IMG/VR virus record: IMGVR_UViG_3300017991_000137
Span: 1-54,558 of that record
DNA length: 54,558 nt
Direction: 5' to 3' (one strand)
From: a virus
Taxonomy: Duplodnaviria; Caudoviricetes
Below, one piece after another: positions 34,812 through 44,695 of this stretch. A program made the translations under genes and the position numbers. How positions within the stretch are numbered: the first letter of the stretch is position 1; every line of letters begins with the position of its first letter. The notes under the pieces were generated by a model. It was not told the origin of the DNA. It worked only from the letters and a program-made list of their open reading frames with translations, and ran no database searches.

Positions 34812-36140
34812 ATGGTTCGTCAAGGTGGTGCGGCGGCAGGCCGCTATCGCATGAAGACTGAGGGCCAAAGCTCTCAACGTGGGCTTCAGGGCATGTACGT
34901 CCTGAACGACAACGCCGGTTGCCAAATCTATCGGCCAACCTGGCAGGGAACCCGGACGATCTTCCGGCCATTCCCAGGCAAGGATCCCGAAGACCCTGAA
35001 CAATGGGATCCGTTCCGCCTCAGCGACGAGGAGGGAGACTACGGAGATTGGATCCGTCGGTACACGATGGCATTCAGCTTCGGAAATCCGGGTATCACCT
35101 TCATTCTGAAGGATCCTCGCGACAAGACCGTCGACGATCAACAGAATCCCGTGTGGATGCTGTATCGCGCGATCACCCAAGCCGTCAAAAGTGGCCAGGG
35201 CCACCCGAGCTGGAATCCGCTCGTGTTCGGCGGCGCGGGACGTGGAGCGCCAGTCAGCGCTCCGAAGGACGGGTACATCATGCAGGGCATTCTGATGGAG
35301 CACAAGTCTGTTCCTCAGCAACCGCCTCGTGGATGTGCTATGGAGCATCAGCCCGTCGTGTTGCTGATGAGCCAGTCAGCTGGTAAGGCTCTCATCGACA
35401 AGCTCGCTGAGAAGCGCGAGAACGGCGAATACTGCTATCCAGACGTTACCGATCTGAATAGCGGACTGTTCGTGCAGTTTCACCAAGCAGGCACCCAGCA
35501 CGCTCCCGGCGGGCAAGGTGTCAGCATGACTGCGGGAGTTGGCGGCGGACCGGCCGAAAACAACCGCTACGAGGTAGAGTTACTGGAGACTTACGGCAAC
35601 GGCATTCTTCCCTCCTTCCCGGCGATCCACGAGGTAGCTCGTGCGCACGTGAAGCCATGGGACGAAATTGTCCGTATCCCGACCATCGAAGAGCAGGTCC
35701 GGCTGCTGTGCAATGCCGGCATCCCTGCAACAGCGATCGTGTACGCTCTGGGTGACGTGTATCGGGAGTACATCCCGCAGCACGTGTACGACCAAGCGAA
35801 CGCGCAACGCACGACTGACGCCATCCCGTTTGGCGGCAGCGACAATCCGATGGGAGGAGATCAAAATCCTATGGAACCAACAGGCGGCAACCCAATGGGT
35901 GGCGGCCAAACAGCCACCGCGCCGGATCCCGGAATGCCGACACAAACACAGCCTGTGTCGACAAACGAATCCGCGCCGGCACAGGCTGGTGCAGACATGA
36001 CTTCTGCGGCGGGACCTCCCGCCGAGCCCGCAGAGGGGTTTGATCCGCAGCCGACGCACGCGTCGACCGAGCGGAGCCAGGCCACGCAAGATGCTCTGGC
36101 GGCAGCACGGCAACGTGCTTCCGAAGCAGGGCAGGGCTAA
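34812..36140 (+). CDS. Putative single-stranded DNA-binding protein
   Basis: Position between polymerase and recA; TIFRPFPG motif; disordered tail; own promoter and terminator. Function is inferred. Confidence 0.45.
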   Translation: MVRQGGAAAGRYRMKTEGQSSQRGLQGMYVLNDNAGCQIYRPTWQGTRTIFRPFPGKDPEDPEQWDPFRLSDEEGDYGDWIRRYTMAFSFGNPGITFILKDPRDKTVDDQQNPVWMLYRAITQAVKSGQGHPSWNPLVFGGAGRGAPVSAPKDGYIMQGILMEHKSVPQQPPRGCAMEHQPVVLLMSQSAGKALIDKLAEKRENGEYCYPDVTDLNSGLFVQFHQAGTQHAPGGQGVSMTAGVGGGPAENNRYEVELLETYGNGILPSFPAIHEVARAHVKPWDEIVRIPTIEEQVRLLCNAGIPATAIVYALGDVYREYIPQHVYDQANAQRTTDAIPFGGSDNPMGGDQNPMEPTGGNPMGGGQTATAPDPGMPTQTQPVSTNESAPAQAGADMTSAAGPPAEPAEGFDPQPTHASTERSQATQDALAAARQRASEAGQG

Positions 36141-36162
36141 CGTTCTAGCTGTTTCTCTAACA

Positions 36163-36194
36163 CCCTCGTCGCCTTCGGGCGGCGAGGGCTTTTT
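36163..36194 (+). terminator. Intrinsic terminator
   Basis: CCCTCGTCGCC-TTCG-GGCGGCGAGGG then CTTTTT. Confidence 0.85.
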
Positions 36195-36211
36195 CATGCA
36201 GGAGAACCATA

Positions 36212-37504
36212 ATGGCTAAGAAACGTACGAAGAAGTCTGACGCACCAGAACCAGTGGTGGATATGTTTCCGGCCGACGATCTGTTTGCAGACGTCGTGTC
36301 GAAAGTAGAGACGCAGATGCAGAAGAAGGGCATGCTTGTGGGGCACGATGAAGTGCTGCAAGTCTTGCCGGTGCCTGCATTCAGTATGCGTTATCTGCTG
36401 CAAAACGAGGGCCTTCCGCTCTCGTGCATCTATCAAGTCGTGGGCCCACAGGCGTCGTACAAATCGACGTTGGCCGCGGAGATCATCCGTTGGCATCGTA
36501 TCTGTGGTGGCGCCGGCTTGTTGTGCGAAGCAGAGACCAAGGCGACGCCACAGCTGCGTAATGCTGTGCTGAACTACGATCCCAAGGCTGTCCGTGTTGA
36601 GGACTGCCTTACGTTCGAGGATTGGCAGAAGAAGACGATCATGTACACGAACCAGCTCCAGAAGAACATGGATGCTGCGAACGGTCCTGGTCGTGTCGTA
36701 CCTTGGTGCGCTGTCGTTGACTCGTTGACGGGCAAGGCTTCGGAGCATACGCTCAAGAACATCGCGAAGAAGGGTCACGCCGACCTGCACTTCCCGGTGG
36801 AAGCTCGCCAGATGGCCGACTTCATGCGGGCGTACCCGCAGATGCTGCTGGGCTGGCCGTTCACCTTTGTGGGTGTCAATCACCTCAAGGTGCAACGGAA
36901 TCCCGACGGCTCCGTCGACATGGCCATCCCGGGCGGCTGGGCGCTGAAGTTCCAGTGTGCGGCCATCATCGAGATGGAACGCATCGGCTCGATCAAAGAG
37001 TTCTCGACGTACAAAGCAGCGACCGTCCGTATGAGTATGATCAAAAACTCCTACGGTCCGGAAGATGCTCGCATACAGGTCAGGTTCAAGACCTGGCTGC
37101 AGGAGGACGCACCTGAGGTATTCAGGCTCCACGCTCGATTCGAGTGGTGGGAGGCATCCATCCTATTTCTGGCTACCGGTGCCGGTCTGCCGAAGGCGAA
37201 AGCCGAGCGGATCGTACCACGTATGAAGGAAGCCTGTGACATTCACGAGAAGGCCGGAGGTTCCGCCGGCAAACTGTACTGGTCGAAGGCTCTCGGTGTG
37301 CCATCCAGCGATGCAATGTCTGCCCACGACCTGGGTGTGATGCTGGAGACGCGTCCCGACGTGCTCGGCGATCTGTACGACGTATGCGGAATTGCCCGGC
37401 GACAGTTCTTCCAGCCAGGCATCGACTATCTGAAGCAGCAAGACGAATACGCCCACATCGTGGCGCAAGCGGACGCTGCCGACGACAAGCTGCGTCGTGC
37501 GTAA
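36212..37504 (+). CDS. RecA/UvsX-like recombinase
   Basis: GPQASYKST Walker A variant, VVDSL, VNHL, PGGWALKF, IKNSYGP. Confidence 0.85.
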   Translation: MAKKRTKKSDAPEPVVDMFPADDLFADVVSKVETQMQKKGMLVGHDEVLQVLPVPAFSMRYLLQNEGLPLSCIYQVVGPQASYKSTLAAEIIRWHRICGGAGLLCEAETKATPQLRNAVLNYDPKAVRVEDCLTFEDWQKKTIMYTNQLQKNMDAANGPGRVVPWCAVVDSLTGKASEHTLKNIAKKGHADLHFPVEARQMADFMRAYPQMLLGWPFTFVGVNHLKVQRNPDGSVDMAIPGGWALKFQCAAIIEMERIGSIKEFSTYKAATVRMSMIKNSYGPEDARIQVRFKTWLQEDAPEVFRLHARFEWWEASILFLATGAGLPKAKAERIVPRMKEACDIHEKAGGSAGKLYWSKALGVPSSDAMSAHDLGVMLETRPDVLGDLYDVCGIARRQFFQPGIDYLKQQDEYAHIVAQADAADDKLRRA

Positions 37505-37578
37505 GCACTGGCGGAGCAGATGCCCGGCGAGGTTGACGTGTATCCGCAAATGGCCGACTGGCCAAGTGAGGAACAGTA

Positions 37579-38103
37579 ATGGTTGAGGCGATGGATCTGT
37601 TTCCCGAGATGAACGACTCGGATGTGCAGTCGCTGGCTCAGTACGAGCATAGTGCTGTCAAACGAGTCATCAGCAAGATCAAGGTTGGCGAGGCTGAGCT
37701 GATGGCTTATCAGCAGGAAGCACTTTCCTCCGTGATGGAAGACAACGACGGCTTGTTGACCTTCCGCATGCTGAGCGAGTTCGGGTTTCCCATTCAACTG
37801 CACGCGATCAAGATGAGGCAGCGGCAGTTCGAGGAGTTCGATCGCGACTTGGAGATGAGACCTCTGCGTACTCCCATCTTTGCCGAGATGGAAGTACGGC
37901 GGGAGGACTTCAAGCAGGGCGAGATCAGCTACCAAGGCATTGTCTTCCCTTGGAAGGGCCGCGGTCGCTATCACGTCCTACACGACTTCCGCATGTCCGA
38001 GCTGGGTAAGACCCTCCGGCTGTGGAAGCTGCACGGTGTTTACTACTATCTGGAAACCTTGGATCACCTCGTCGAGCGGCTCGGTCCGCGAAACGAATGG
38101 TAA
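37579..38103 (+). CDS. Hypothetical protein
   Basis: GAGGA RBS. Confidence 0.7.
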   Translation: MVEAMDLFPEMNDSDVQSLAQYEHSAVKRVISKIKVGEAELMAYQQEALSSVMEDNDGLLTFRMLSEFGFPIQLHAIKMRQRQFEEFDRDLEMRPLRTPIFAEMEVRREDFKQGEISYQGIVFPWKGRGRYHVLHDFRMSELGKTLRLWKLHGVYYYLETLDHLVERLGPRNEW

Positions 38104-38124
38104 TTTTGTTCTCATGAACAAAGA
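38103..38124. promoter_or_regulatory. 22-bp palindrome copy 6 (ATTTTGTTC-TCAT-GAACAAAGA)
   Basis: The ATG at 38114 sits at its centre. Confidence 0.7.
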
Positions 38125-39229
38125 GTTCCTGGCGAATCCGAAACTGAAGACATACTCCAAGCAAGAGCTTGATGAGTTCCTCTCACTGCTGGAACAAGCT
38201 GACGCGCATACAGTGCAAGTCCCTATCCAGATGCCCGAAGACATAGCGATCGACGCTAAGGGACGGCTGAAGGATAACGGGTTTGCACTGTCGCCGTTGG
38301 CGTTCCAACAGGTGTGTCGGTACGTGGCCCGCGGTTTGTGGCCACTGGTTTCCGACCTGAGCGGCGCAGTACTGAGCTCACGCTCTTACGATGCTGTGGT
38401 CTCTATACCGCTGGCAATCCGCATCCTCAACGACTGTGTCAACCTCCGGTTCCGTGTACGGGACGGGTTGTGTGGCCGCATGATGATTCAGAATCATCTG
38501 ACCAAGTGCGTCGACGGGGTTGTGGGTCCGCGTTACAAGTATCTGGCCAACTACCAGCTCCTCGAGGGTGCCAGGGAGTTGCTCGCTTCGCACGAGCAGC
38601 CGCTGGAGTTCTACGAGGGTGCGTTGATCGGTCGCCGTATGACTGCTGTGTTCCTTGCCGAAGACCCACTTGGGTGCACCCCGGACGGCTGCGTGCTGCG
38701 CGGTGGTTGCTACTTCACCAACAGTGAGGCAGGAGAATGCGGCGTGCGATGTGCGCCCGTGCTGCAGGTCGACAACGATTTTCGTTGCCTCGGCCCGCTG
38801 CGCGGCATCGCACATGCTGGGCGATCCTTCATGAAGCGAATGGGTACGATGCTTGTCGGAGTGCTTGGGGAATGGACGAAGCTACAGAAGATAGCGACGG
38901 ACACTGAGCACCTATCACAGTCCCTCCGAATGGTCAAGAATGACAGGCCGGACAAGGGACAACGACGCAGACTGGTTAGTCGCCTGACCGAGTATACCGA
39001 GAAAGGTCTTGCGACAGCCGTAGTTCGTCGCGCTCTGTTACGTGGGCGTATTGAGGATGATACTGGATTCCTCCTCTCGCATTCGCCGACGATTGAAGAG
39101 ATGAAGCAGCGAACTATCAATGACCTGTTCATCACGTTGATGGACGTAGCCAACGGTCACTATCCTGAGACACGTGAAGGACTCGAGCGGGCAGCGTTCG
39201 ACGTCCTCGCACAGAAATTCAAACCGTAG
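38114..39229 (+). CDS. DUF932-like protein
   Basis: LSPLAFQQVC, GVVGPRYKYLAN, FTNSEAG pattern. Confidence 0.55.
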   Translation: MNKEFLANPKLKTYSKQELDEFLSLLEQADAHTVQVPIQMPEDIAIDAKGRLKDNGFALSPLAFQQVCRYVARGLWPLVSDLSGAVLSSRSYDAVVSIPLAIRILNDCVNLRFRVRDGLCGRMMIQNHLTKCVDGVVGPRYKYLANYQLLEGARELLASHEQPLEFYEGALIGRRMTAVFLAEDPLGCTPDGCVLRGGCYFTNSEAGECGVRCAPVLQVDNDFRCLGPLRGIAHAGRSFMKRMGTMLVGVLGEWTKLQKIATDTEHLSQSLRMVKNDRPDKGQRRRLVSRLTEYTEKGLATAVVRRALLRGRIEDDTGFLLSHSPTIEEMKQRTINDLFITLMDVANGHYPETREGLERAAFDVLAQKFKP

Positions 39230-39237
39230 GAGCCAAA

Positions 39238-40347
39238 ATGGCCAAAACAACTTTGCCTGCGAAGGTAGAGCAGTGGACTGCGTTGCAGGCGCAGTCTTCG
39301 TTTACAGCGGCGGAAAAGGCCGCGTACAAGGATCTCCGGACCCGCGTCGATCAGATCGAAAAGGATACGATCTGGTGGTACTGGGAGCTCGGAAAGAAGA
39401 TTCAAGAGATCTACAAAGACGCCCAGAGCGATCAAGAGCTGTATGGTGCCAATCTGTTGGACCGGCTCGGCATCGCCCTCGGTTTCAGCAACGGACGTCC
39501 TCTGCGGGAGTCCATGCAGGTTGTCGACACGTTCGGCACCAAGAAGCTCTTCATGACGTACGTCAAGCTGAAGGGCGAAGCGGGCAACAGCCTCAGCTGG
39601 TCGCACTTGAAGCACCTGGCGAAGATTGGCGATGACGATCGGCGTATGCAGCTGGCCTCTACGGCTGTCGCCAAGAATCAAACTGCCGATGTTCTCCGTC
39701 AGCGTGTCCAGGAGTACTGTGACAGCAAGAAGCGGGGCTCCGGCCGCAAGCCAAAGACCAAGATCCCGACGACGGCCCGCAGCATGCTCACGCATGTCAC
39801 CTCGCAGTCCAACAAGTTCATCGAGAACTTCGACAAGGCATGGACCGGCGACGCGTTCAGCATCACCGACCAAGTCCACGAGATCCCCTCGGACAAGTTG
39901 GATGACAAGCTCACCGGCGCTTTGGCAGCGACGAAGGTGTCGTTGGAGGATATGCGGGATCGCGCCGACGAGCTGATCGACCAGCTCATGGCGGCGGAAG
40001 AGGACGTCGAGAAACGCATGAAGGCGCAGGCAGAAGCCGATGAGGCTGCTGCAGAGGAAGCGGAGCTCGAAGAGGAAGAGTACGAAGACGACGAACTCGA
40101 AGAGGAAGAGTACGAGGAAGTCGAATACGAAGAGGACGACGAGGAAGAAGAGGAAGAGGATGAAGACGTCGTCGCTGAAGTCGAGGAAGACGAAGAAGAG
40201 GAAGAAGAGGAAGACGATGACGAAGTCGTCAGCCTCAGCGAAGAACGCAATCGCAAGGAGCGAGCGAAGCGGGCTGCCGAGCGGGCCAAGAAGCGTAAGC
40301 GGACTGGCAAGCAGGGCCCGACACGCCGCGGACGCGTCGGCATATGA
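39238..40347 (+). CDS. DUF1016 N-terminal (YhcG-like) domain protein with long acidic tract and basic tail
   Basis: YWELGKKI...YGANLLDRL...LSWSHL..L; E/D run; K/R-rich end. Confidence 0.65.
   Translation: MAKTTLPAKVEQWTALQAQSSFTAAEKAAYKDLRTRVDQIEKDTIWWYWELGKKIQEIYKDAQSDQELYGANLLDRLGIALGFSNGRPLRESMQVVDTFGTKKLFMTYVKLKGEAGNSLSWSHLKHLAKIGDDDRRMQLASTAVAKNQTADVLRQRVQEYCDSKKRGSGRKPKTKIPTTARSMLTHVTSQSNKFIENFDKAWTGDAFSITDQVHEIPSDKLDDKLTGALAATKVSLEDMRDRADELIDQLMAAEEDVEKRMKAQAEADEAAAEEAELEEEEYEDDELEEEEYEEVEYEEDDEEEEEEDEDVVAEVEEDEEEEEEEDDDEVVSLSEERNRKERAKRAAERAKKRKRTGKQGPTRRGRVGI
40066..40115 (+). repeat. 20-bp direct repeat inside the acidic tract
   Basis: CTCGAAGAGGAAGAGTACGA at 40066 and 40096. Confidence 0.8.
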
Positions 40348-41105
40348 TCAAACCATACACGGTTTGTGTCCTTCTATACGGGGACTATCCGGACCTGGCC
40401 GAGAGGGTATTGTCCTCTCTGGCCAGGCCGGTTTTCTACCGTTCCTTCTTTCTGCGGATAGGCTGGCAGAATCTCTCACCAGCATCTGAGTCGGTGCTCT
40501 TGAAGTACGTCGACATCTTCATGGAGAAGAACGACAACCCCATTCTTGCTGGACCTCTCGAGGTCTGCATGAAGGGACAAGAGCCCTACCACAAGTATCC
40601 GCTGATGCGTCGGTTGTTCTACACACATCCGATCCAGTCGCCATATGTCATGTGGTTCGACGACGACAGCCTGATCAGGGCCGACGCGCCGGACGAGTTC
40701 TTCATGGACGTGGGGCAATGCATGGCCCACTGTGACATGTGCGGCCACATCTGGACGATGAAAGTACGAGGAGGACAGCGAGCCTATATTGAGGATCAGC
40801 CGTGGTATAACGGCAAAGCGATCCCGAAAGCACTGAGGTTCGCGACCGGTGGGTGGTGGACCATACGAACGGAGATCCTTCAGCAGCATAACTGGCCGCC
40901 TGAGGATCTCGAACACAACGGCGGCGACATGATGCTCGGCGAGCTCTGCCGTCAGCAGGGCTACCGGCTTCGTAACTACACGCAAGGCCTAGGTATCAAC
41001 TGCGACGATTCGCTTGTTGGCTCTTCCGCTGAGCGGAGGGGTTTTTCTCAGCCTCCGATTGGTGTACGCTATAAACGTAACACGTTTCGAAAGGAAGAGA
41101 AATGA
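40344..41105 (+). CDS. GT-A fold (GT2-like) glycosyltransferase
   Basis: YVMWFDDDS (DxD), FATGGWW, GGDMMLG. Confidence 0.65.
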   Translation: MIKPYTVCVLLYGDYPDLAERVLSSLARPVFYRSFFLRIGWQNLSPASESVLLKYVDIFMEKNDNPILAGPLEVCMKGQEPYHKYPLMRRLFYTHPIQSPYVMWFDDDSLIRADAPDEFFMDVGQCMAHCDMCGHIWTMKVRGGQRAYIEDQPWYNGKAIPKALRFATGGWWTIRTEILQQHNWPPEDLEHNGGDMMLGELCRQQGYRLRNYTQGLGINCDDSLVGSSAERRGFSQPPIGVRYKRNTFRKEEK

Positions 41106-41488
41106 AACGACAACACACAGCTGAAATCGTCGACATCGAGCAGCATCTGATCGCCCAAGAGCGGGCGGAACGATTGCTGCCGAGGAATGGCACGGACATG
41201 TGGAAAGTCCGTGCGGAACCCATCGACTTTACTCGTCCTGACGGCCCTACAGCATGGTCGGTCATCAAGGACGGCGAGTTGGTGCGTATCCCGCTGATCC
41301 CCTATCGGAGTGCCATGGAGCCTGTTGAGGCTATGCTGGGCTCCATGGACATCATCCAGCGGTACGTCGAGGCGGTGCCCAATGCCGTCCGGACGCATAT
41401 CATTCTAGGCAAACCCATTGAAGACCTGTCCTCGGAGGGGGAAAACGTATTCCGCTTCTGGGTAGGCTTCGCCGCTAAGATTCACTGA
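41102..41488 (+). CDS. Hypothetical protein
   Basis: ATGA coupling; AAGGA RBS. Confidence 0.7.
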   Translation: MKRQHTAEIVDIEQHLIAQERAERLLPRNGTDMWKVRAEPIDFTRPDGPTAWSVIKDGELVRIPLIPYRSAMEPVEAMLGSMDIIQRYVEAVPNAVRTHIILGKPIEDLSSEGENVFRFWVGFAAKIH

Positions 41489-41494
41489 GGAAAA

Positions 41495-41983
41495 ATGGAC
41501 GACCCACAAAATCCGATGATGCCATCACCGATGGCACCCGCACCAGGGCCGATTGAGGTTCCGGTGCAGCAAACCGTGGAGACGGCAACGCCAGCTCCAC
41601 AGACGCCCGTACAGCAGCCCACGCTCGCAGAATACGCCTCCGGGCTTCAGCAGGTCCACACAGACCTCCAGCGGCAAACGGATGCGTATGGGTTCTTCAG
41701 GGCCGCTCTCGCGGCTCTCAACCAGATCGCCGCAGATCCCGACGCTGAACGGCCCAGATTGCCGTTTGTCAAGGTGATGTTCCCCTCCGATGGGAAGCCC
41801 ATTGATGCCTCATTGGACCTGAACCAGATGACGCCTGCCGATTTGGCACAAATGCGTCCCATTTTTGCCATGTTGGCAGACAGGTCCGGCAGGGAGCTGT
41901 TGGATGCGTGGTCGAAAGTCCACAAGGTCGCAGATGAAACGCGTCCGATTGTCGAAGCAACCAGAACCGCCCAAGGTCGGTAA
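41495..41983 (+). CDS. Hypothetical protein
   Basis: GAGGA RBS. Confidence 0.7.
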   Translation: MDDPQNPMMPSPMAPAPGPIEVPVQQTVETATPAPQTPVQQPTLAEYASGLQQVHTDLQRQTDAYGFFRAALAALNQIAADPDAERPRLPFVKVMFPSDGKPIDASLDLNQMTPADLAQMRPIFAMLADRSGRELLDAWSKVHKVADETRPIVEATRTAQGR

Positions 41984-42542
41984 GCTCTTCACCCTCGACG
42001 ACCCGTACAGCCTGGCCACCGACGGCTACCGGCTGGAGGTCACGAGGAATGAGGGGCATATCGAAGCCAGGGTGCTTTGGACCAAAGGGGCGGTCACCGT
42101 ATCGGTGCTGCCCTACATTATTGACACGGATGCGACAACGCCATCCCGTGCTGAGGCAACTCGATCAATTCCGCTCGTCAGCGCCATGCTCGACTACCTG
42201 AATGCGATGGGACATCCCGATCGTATCTTGGAACTGGCGGCAATGGTGGCGAGCTGCGAGCCGATAGAGCATCCGGGTTACGAGTTCTTTGCCGTGACGG
42301 AGCAGGTGCACCGCTTCGTATACTTCACCGACGACGAAGGCACATCATACGAGGTCGTACCAGACTACTGGGTCGAGCCTGTGGAGTGGCTGAACGTCCC
42401 AGACATATACGAACGGTACGCTGATCCTTTGGAGGTAGAAGACCTTGAGCAACCCGGAGATACTGCTACCGGACAAACCGAGATATGTACTCTCCCGTAT
42501 CTACCAGCTCCGGGAGAGGATGATGCAGGACACGCTGACTGA
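41934..42542 (+). CDS. Hypothetical protein (start uncertain)
   Basis: Long ORF in the operon. Confidence 0.6.
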   Translation: MKRVRLSKQPEPPKVGKLFTLDDPYSLATDGYRLEVTRNEGHIEARVLWTKGAVTVSVLPYIIDTDATTPSRAEATRSIPLVSAMLDYLNAMGHPDRILELAAMVASCEPIEHPGYEFFAVTEQVHRFVYFTDDEGTSYEVVPDYWVEPVEWLNVPDIYERYADPLEVEDLEQPGDTATGQTEICTLPYLPAPGEDDAGHAD

Positions 42543-43263
42543 GTACTACGGGTACGCGCCAACGGGCGAGCACTTTGAGGACTTGGTTGATGCTATCTGT
42601 GTCTCATTGCCAGGCGTCAAGCGTCACGCCGTGTTCGATTCCGTTAGACACCTTGCCGGCAGCCTGCTGACAGAGGACCTAATGAACGACACGGTCTGGC
42701 GCCTCGCCGGGAATCTAGACCTACTCAAGAGCGGGATAGCAGTCCCGCCGTGGACGGTGCAGACAGACCTCGAATGGATGCCTGCCCATATTCTCGATAG
42801 GGAATTCGCACAGGCGTCGACAGGCGCGCCCGGCGGTATGTTTCGGGTGCGAGTGTTGGCGGGTACAGCATGCCCGGCGATCATCAAGACCTTCTGGTCG
42901 AATCGCGTGTGTGCATTGTTTGCCAGAGAGTGTGGATACACTAATCGCTACCGCAAGCGTCCGTACAGTCATCCGAAAGAGCTGTGCAATCTCCGCACGT
43001 GGATTCTGGTCGACCCGGAGTACTGCAGGCAGGGCAAGCCCGGCTTCCGAAAGATTGAATGTACACAGACGTTTAAGAAATGGAACCACGAGATCATCGA
43101 TATGAGGTTCCGACGCGGGTTCTTGTGCCCGCATGACTACAAGCACCATTGCTACCAATGCCCAATCGGCTACCTCGATTGCCCAGCGGGTACCCATCCG
43201 TTCACGATTTACGCAGAGGACGAAGATGGCGAAGACGACACTGAGTCTGGAAGTGAGGATTAA
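42445..43263 (+). CDS. Hypothetical protein with C-terminal Cys/His cluster
   Basis: GGAGG RBS plus TTG; CPHDYKHHCYQCPIGYLDCPAGTH. Confidence 0.7.
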   Translation: MSNPEILLPDKPRYVLSRIYQLRERMMQDTLTEYYGYAPTGEHFEDLVDAICVSLPGVKRHAVFDSVRHLAGSLLTEDLMNDTVWRLAGNLDLLKSGIAVPPWTVQTDLEWMPAHILDREFAQASTGAPGGMFRVRVLAGTACPAIIKTFWSNRVCALFARECGYTNRYRKRPYSHPKELCNLRTWILVDPEYCRQGKPGFRKIECTQTFKKWNHEIIDMRFRRGFLCPHDYKHHCYQCPIGYLDCPAGTHPFTIYAEDEDGEDDTESGSED

Positions 43264-43265
43264 AA

Positions 43266-43682
43266 ATGGCCCTGACAGAGAGCGAAGTCAAGAGGCTGAA
43301 GAATAATACCGCAGTAATCGCTGCGTCGCTTGCCGCGTTGAAGGTAGTCGAAACCGACCTCACCAACGTGGAGCGACTGGTGGCACAGCTCGATAATAAC
43401 AACCAGGTTGATTTACAGCTGTGTCCGAAGGCCGGTTCGCCGCCGCTGACGGTCACATGGCCTGGGCGCGGAGCACTCAGCTTGAAGCATAAGACACTCG
43501 CAGACGAGCTGGAGCCGAAGATCCGCGGATTGATCCGGGAGCATGCGGCGGAGCGCGTCAAGGAGTGGACGGCAAAGCGGGATAACCTGCTCTGCGAGAT
43601 TAACGGCCTCACAGTTGAGGAGGAAGACGAATCCGATAACAGAAAGCCGCGTAAAGTGCGGCCTAGGAGGAGTGATGAATAA
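43266..43682 (+). CDS. Helix-beta-helix hypothetical protein (paralog group)
   Basis: GAGGA RBS; ends DNRKPRKVRPRR. Confidence 0.7.
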   Translation: MALTESEVKRLKNNTAVIAASLAALKVVETDLTNVERLVAQLDNNNQVDLQLCPKAGSPPLTVTWPGRGALSLKHKTLADELEPKIRGLIREHAAERVKEWTAKRDNLLCEINGLTVEEEDESDNRKPRKVRPRRSDE

Positions 43683-44226
43683 GATCGAAAGAGATCAGGC
43701 CAGTCGTGCCGTACAGATCATGGAGGGCAACCTGAAGGAACTGAAGGAATGCCGCCGTGGGCGGGAATTTTGCGACGACCTGCTGAAGGATTTGGAGCTG
43801 GAGGCGGATGAAGAGGGCGATCGCCCGGAGGTTACCATCCACTTCGACGATGACGGCGAGTTCCGCGTCACAGGGACTATGGCTGGTGATTGTGGCGACA
43901 GCGGTCATGCATATGCCGGCCTAGCAGCGCGTATGCGGGTCGTCATCTATACTGCACTCACGGAATTCCTCCGTGATCAATCTAAAGCCTACCACACGCG
44001 GATTGACAATCTGCTGGATTTGCTGTCTTCGACACCTGCTGTCGAGCAGACACCACAACCTGTAGGGTTAAACACTTTGGAGGTTACCGATGCCGCCAGG
44101 ACGAACGATGACGACGGAGCAGCTGATTCGCGAGCTGCGCGCAAGGTCAATGTTAAGAGGAGAACGGCAAAGAAGCGAGCGCCGAAGAAGAAGTTCGTCA
44201 AGAAGAAAGCAGCCAGGCCTAGTTGA
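43675..44226 (+). CDS. Helix-beta-helix hypothetical protein (paralog group)
   Basis: GGAGGAG RBS; DSRAARKVNVKRR near the end. Confidence 0.7.
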   Translation: MNKIERDQASRAVQIMEGNLKELKECRRGREFCDDLLKDLELEADEEGDRPEVTIHFDDDGEFRVTGTMAGDCGDSGHAYAGLAARMRVVIYTALTEFLRDQSKAYHTRIDNLLDLLSSTPAVEQTPQPVGLNTLEVTDAARTNDDDGAADSRAARKVNVKRRTAKKRAPKKKFVKKKAARPS

Positions 44227-44227
44227 C

Positions 44228-44695
44228 ATGCCAAGCGAACAAGACAACCAACAGATCCACGAGATCAACCGTGCTGCTCAAACGCTGACCGACGCTACCA
44301 AGGCGGTAGAGCAAGAGCAGAAGATCGCTAACGAGATCATCAATGGGCTGAACTCGTTGGAGGAGTACGGCTTCTTGCAGATCCAAATAAGCAGGGCTAT
44401 CACGCGTCCTGGTGCGTGGGTGAAGCTCCGCAGACAGTCAGGCACCAGTTCGACGTCGTTTCAGACGACGTCGAGCGCAGACCTCCACAGGAGGCTCGAG
44501 GAGAAGCTGCTGCCTGTCATAAAACAAAAGCTCACGGAAATCATTCAAGAATCCATGGAAGAGCAACGACGCGTCATGAGCGAGGCAGCAGCCGCGATCT
44601 CATTCGACGCTACCGACAATAGAACCCCTCGTGGTGTGAAGATCCGAAAGGACAATGCGACTGAAGAAAAAGCCAGCGGAACAGGCGATCGATGA
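44228..44695 (+). CDS. Helix-beta-helix hypothetical protein (paralog group)
   Basis: DNRTPRGVKIRK near the end. Confidence 0.65.
   Translation: MPSEQDNQQIHEINRAAQTLTDATKAVEQEQKIANEIINGLNSLEEYGFLQIQISRAITRPGAWVKLRRQSGTSSTSFQTTSSADLHRRLEEKLLPVIKQKLTEIIQESMEEQRRVMSEAAAAISFDATDNRTPRGVKIRKDNATEEKASGTGDR

Noticed and set aside
39699-40343. Poly-Ser 214-aa minus-strand ORF
   Set aside because: Antisense shadow of the Glu/Asp tract.
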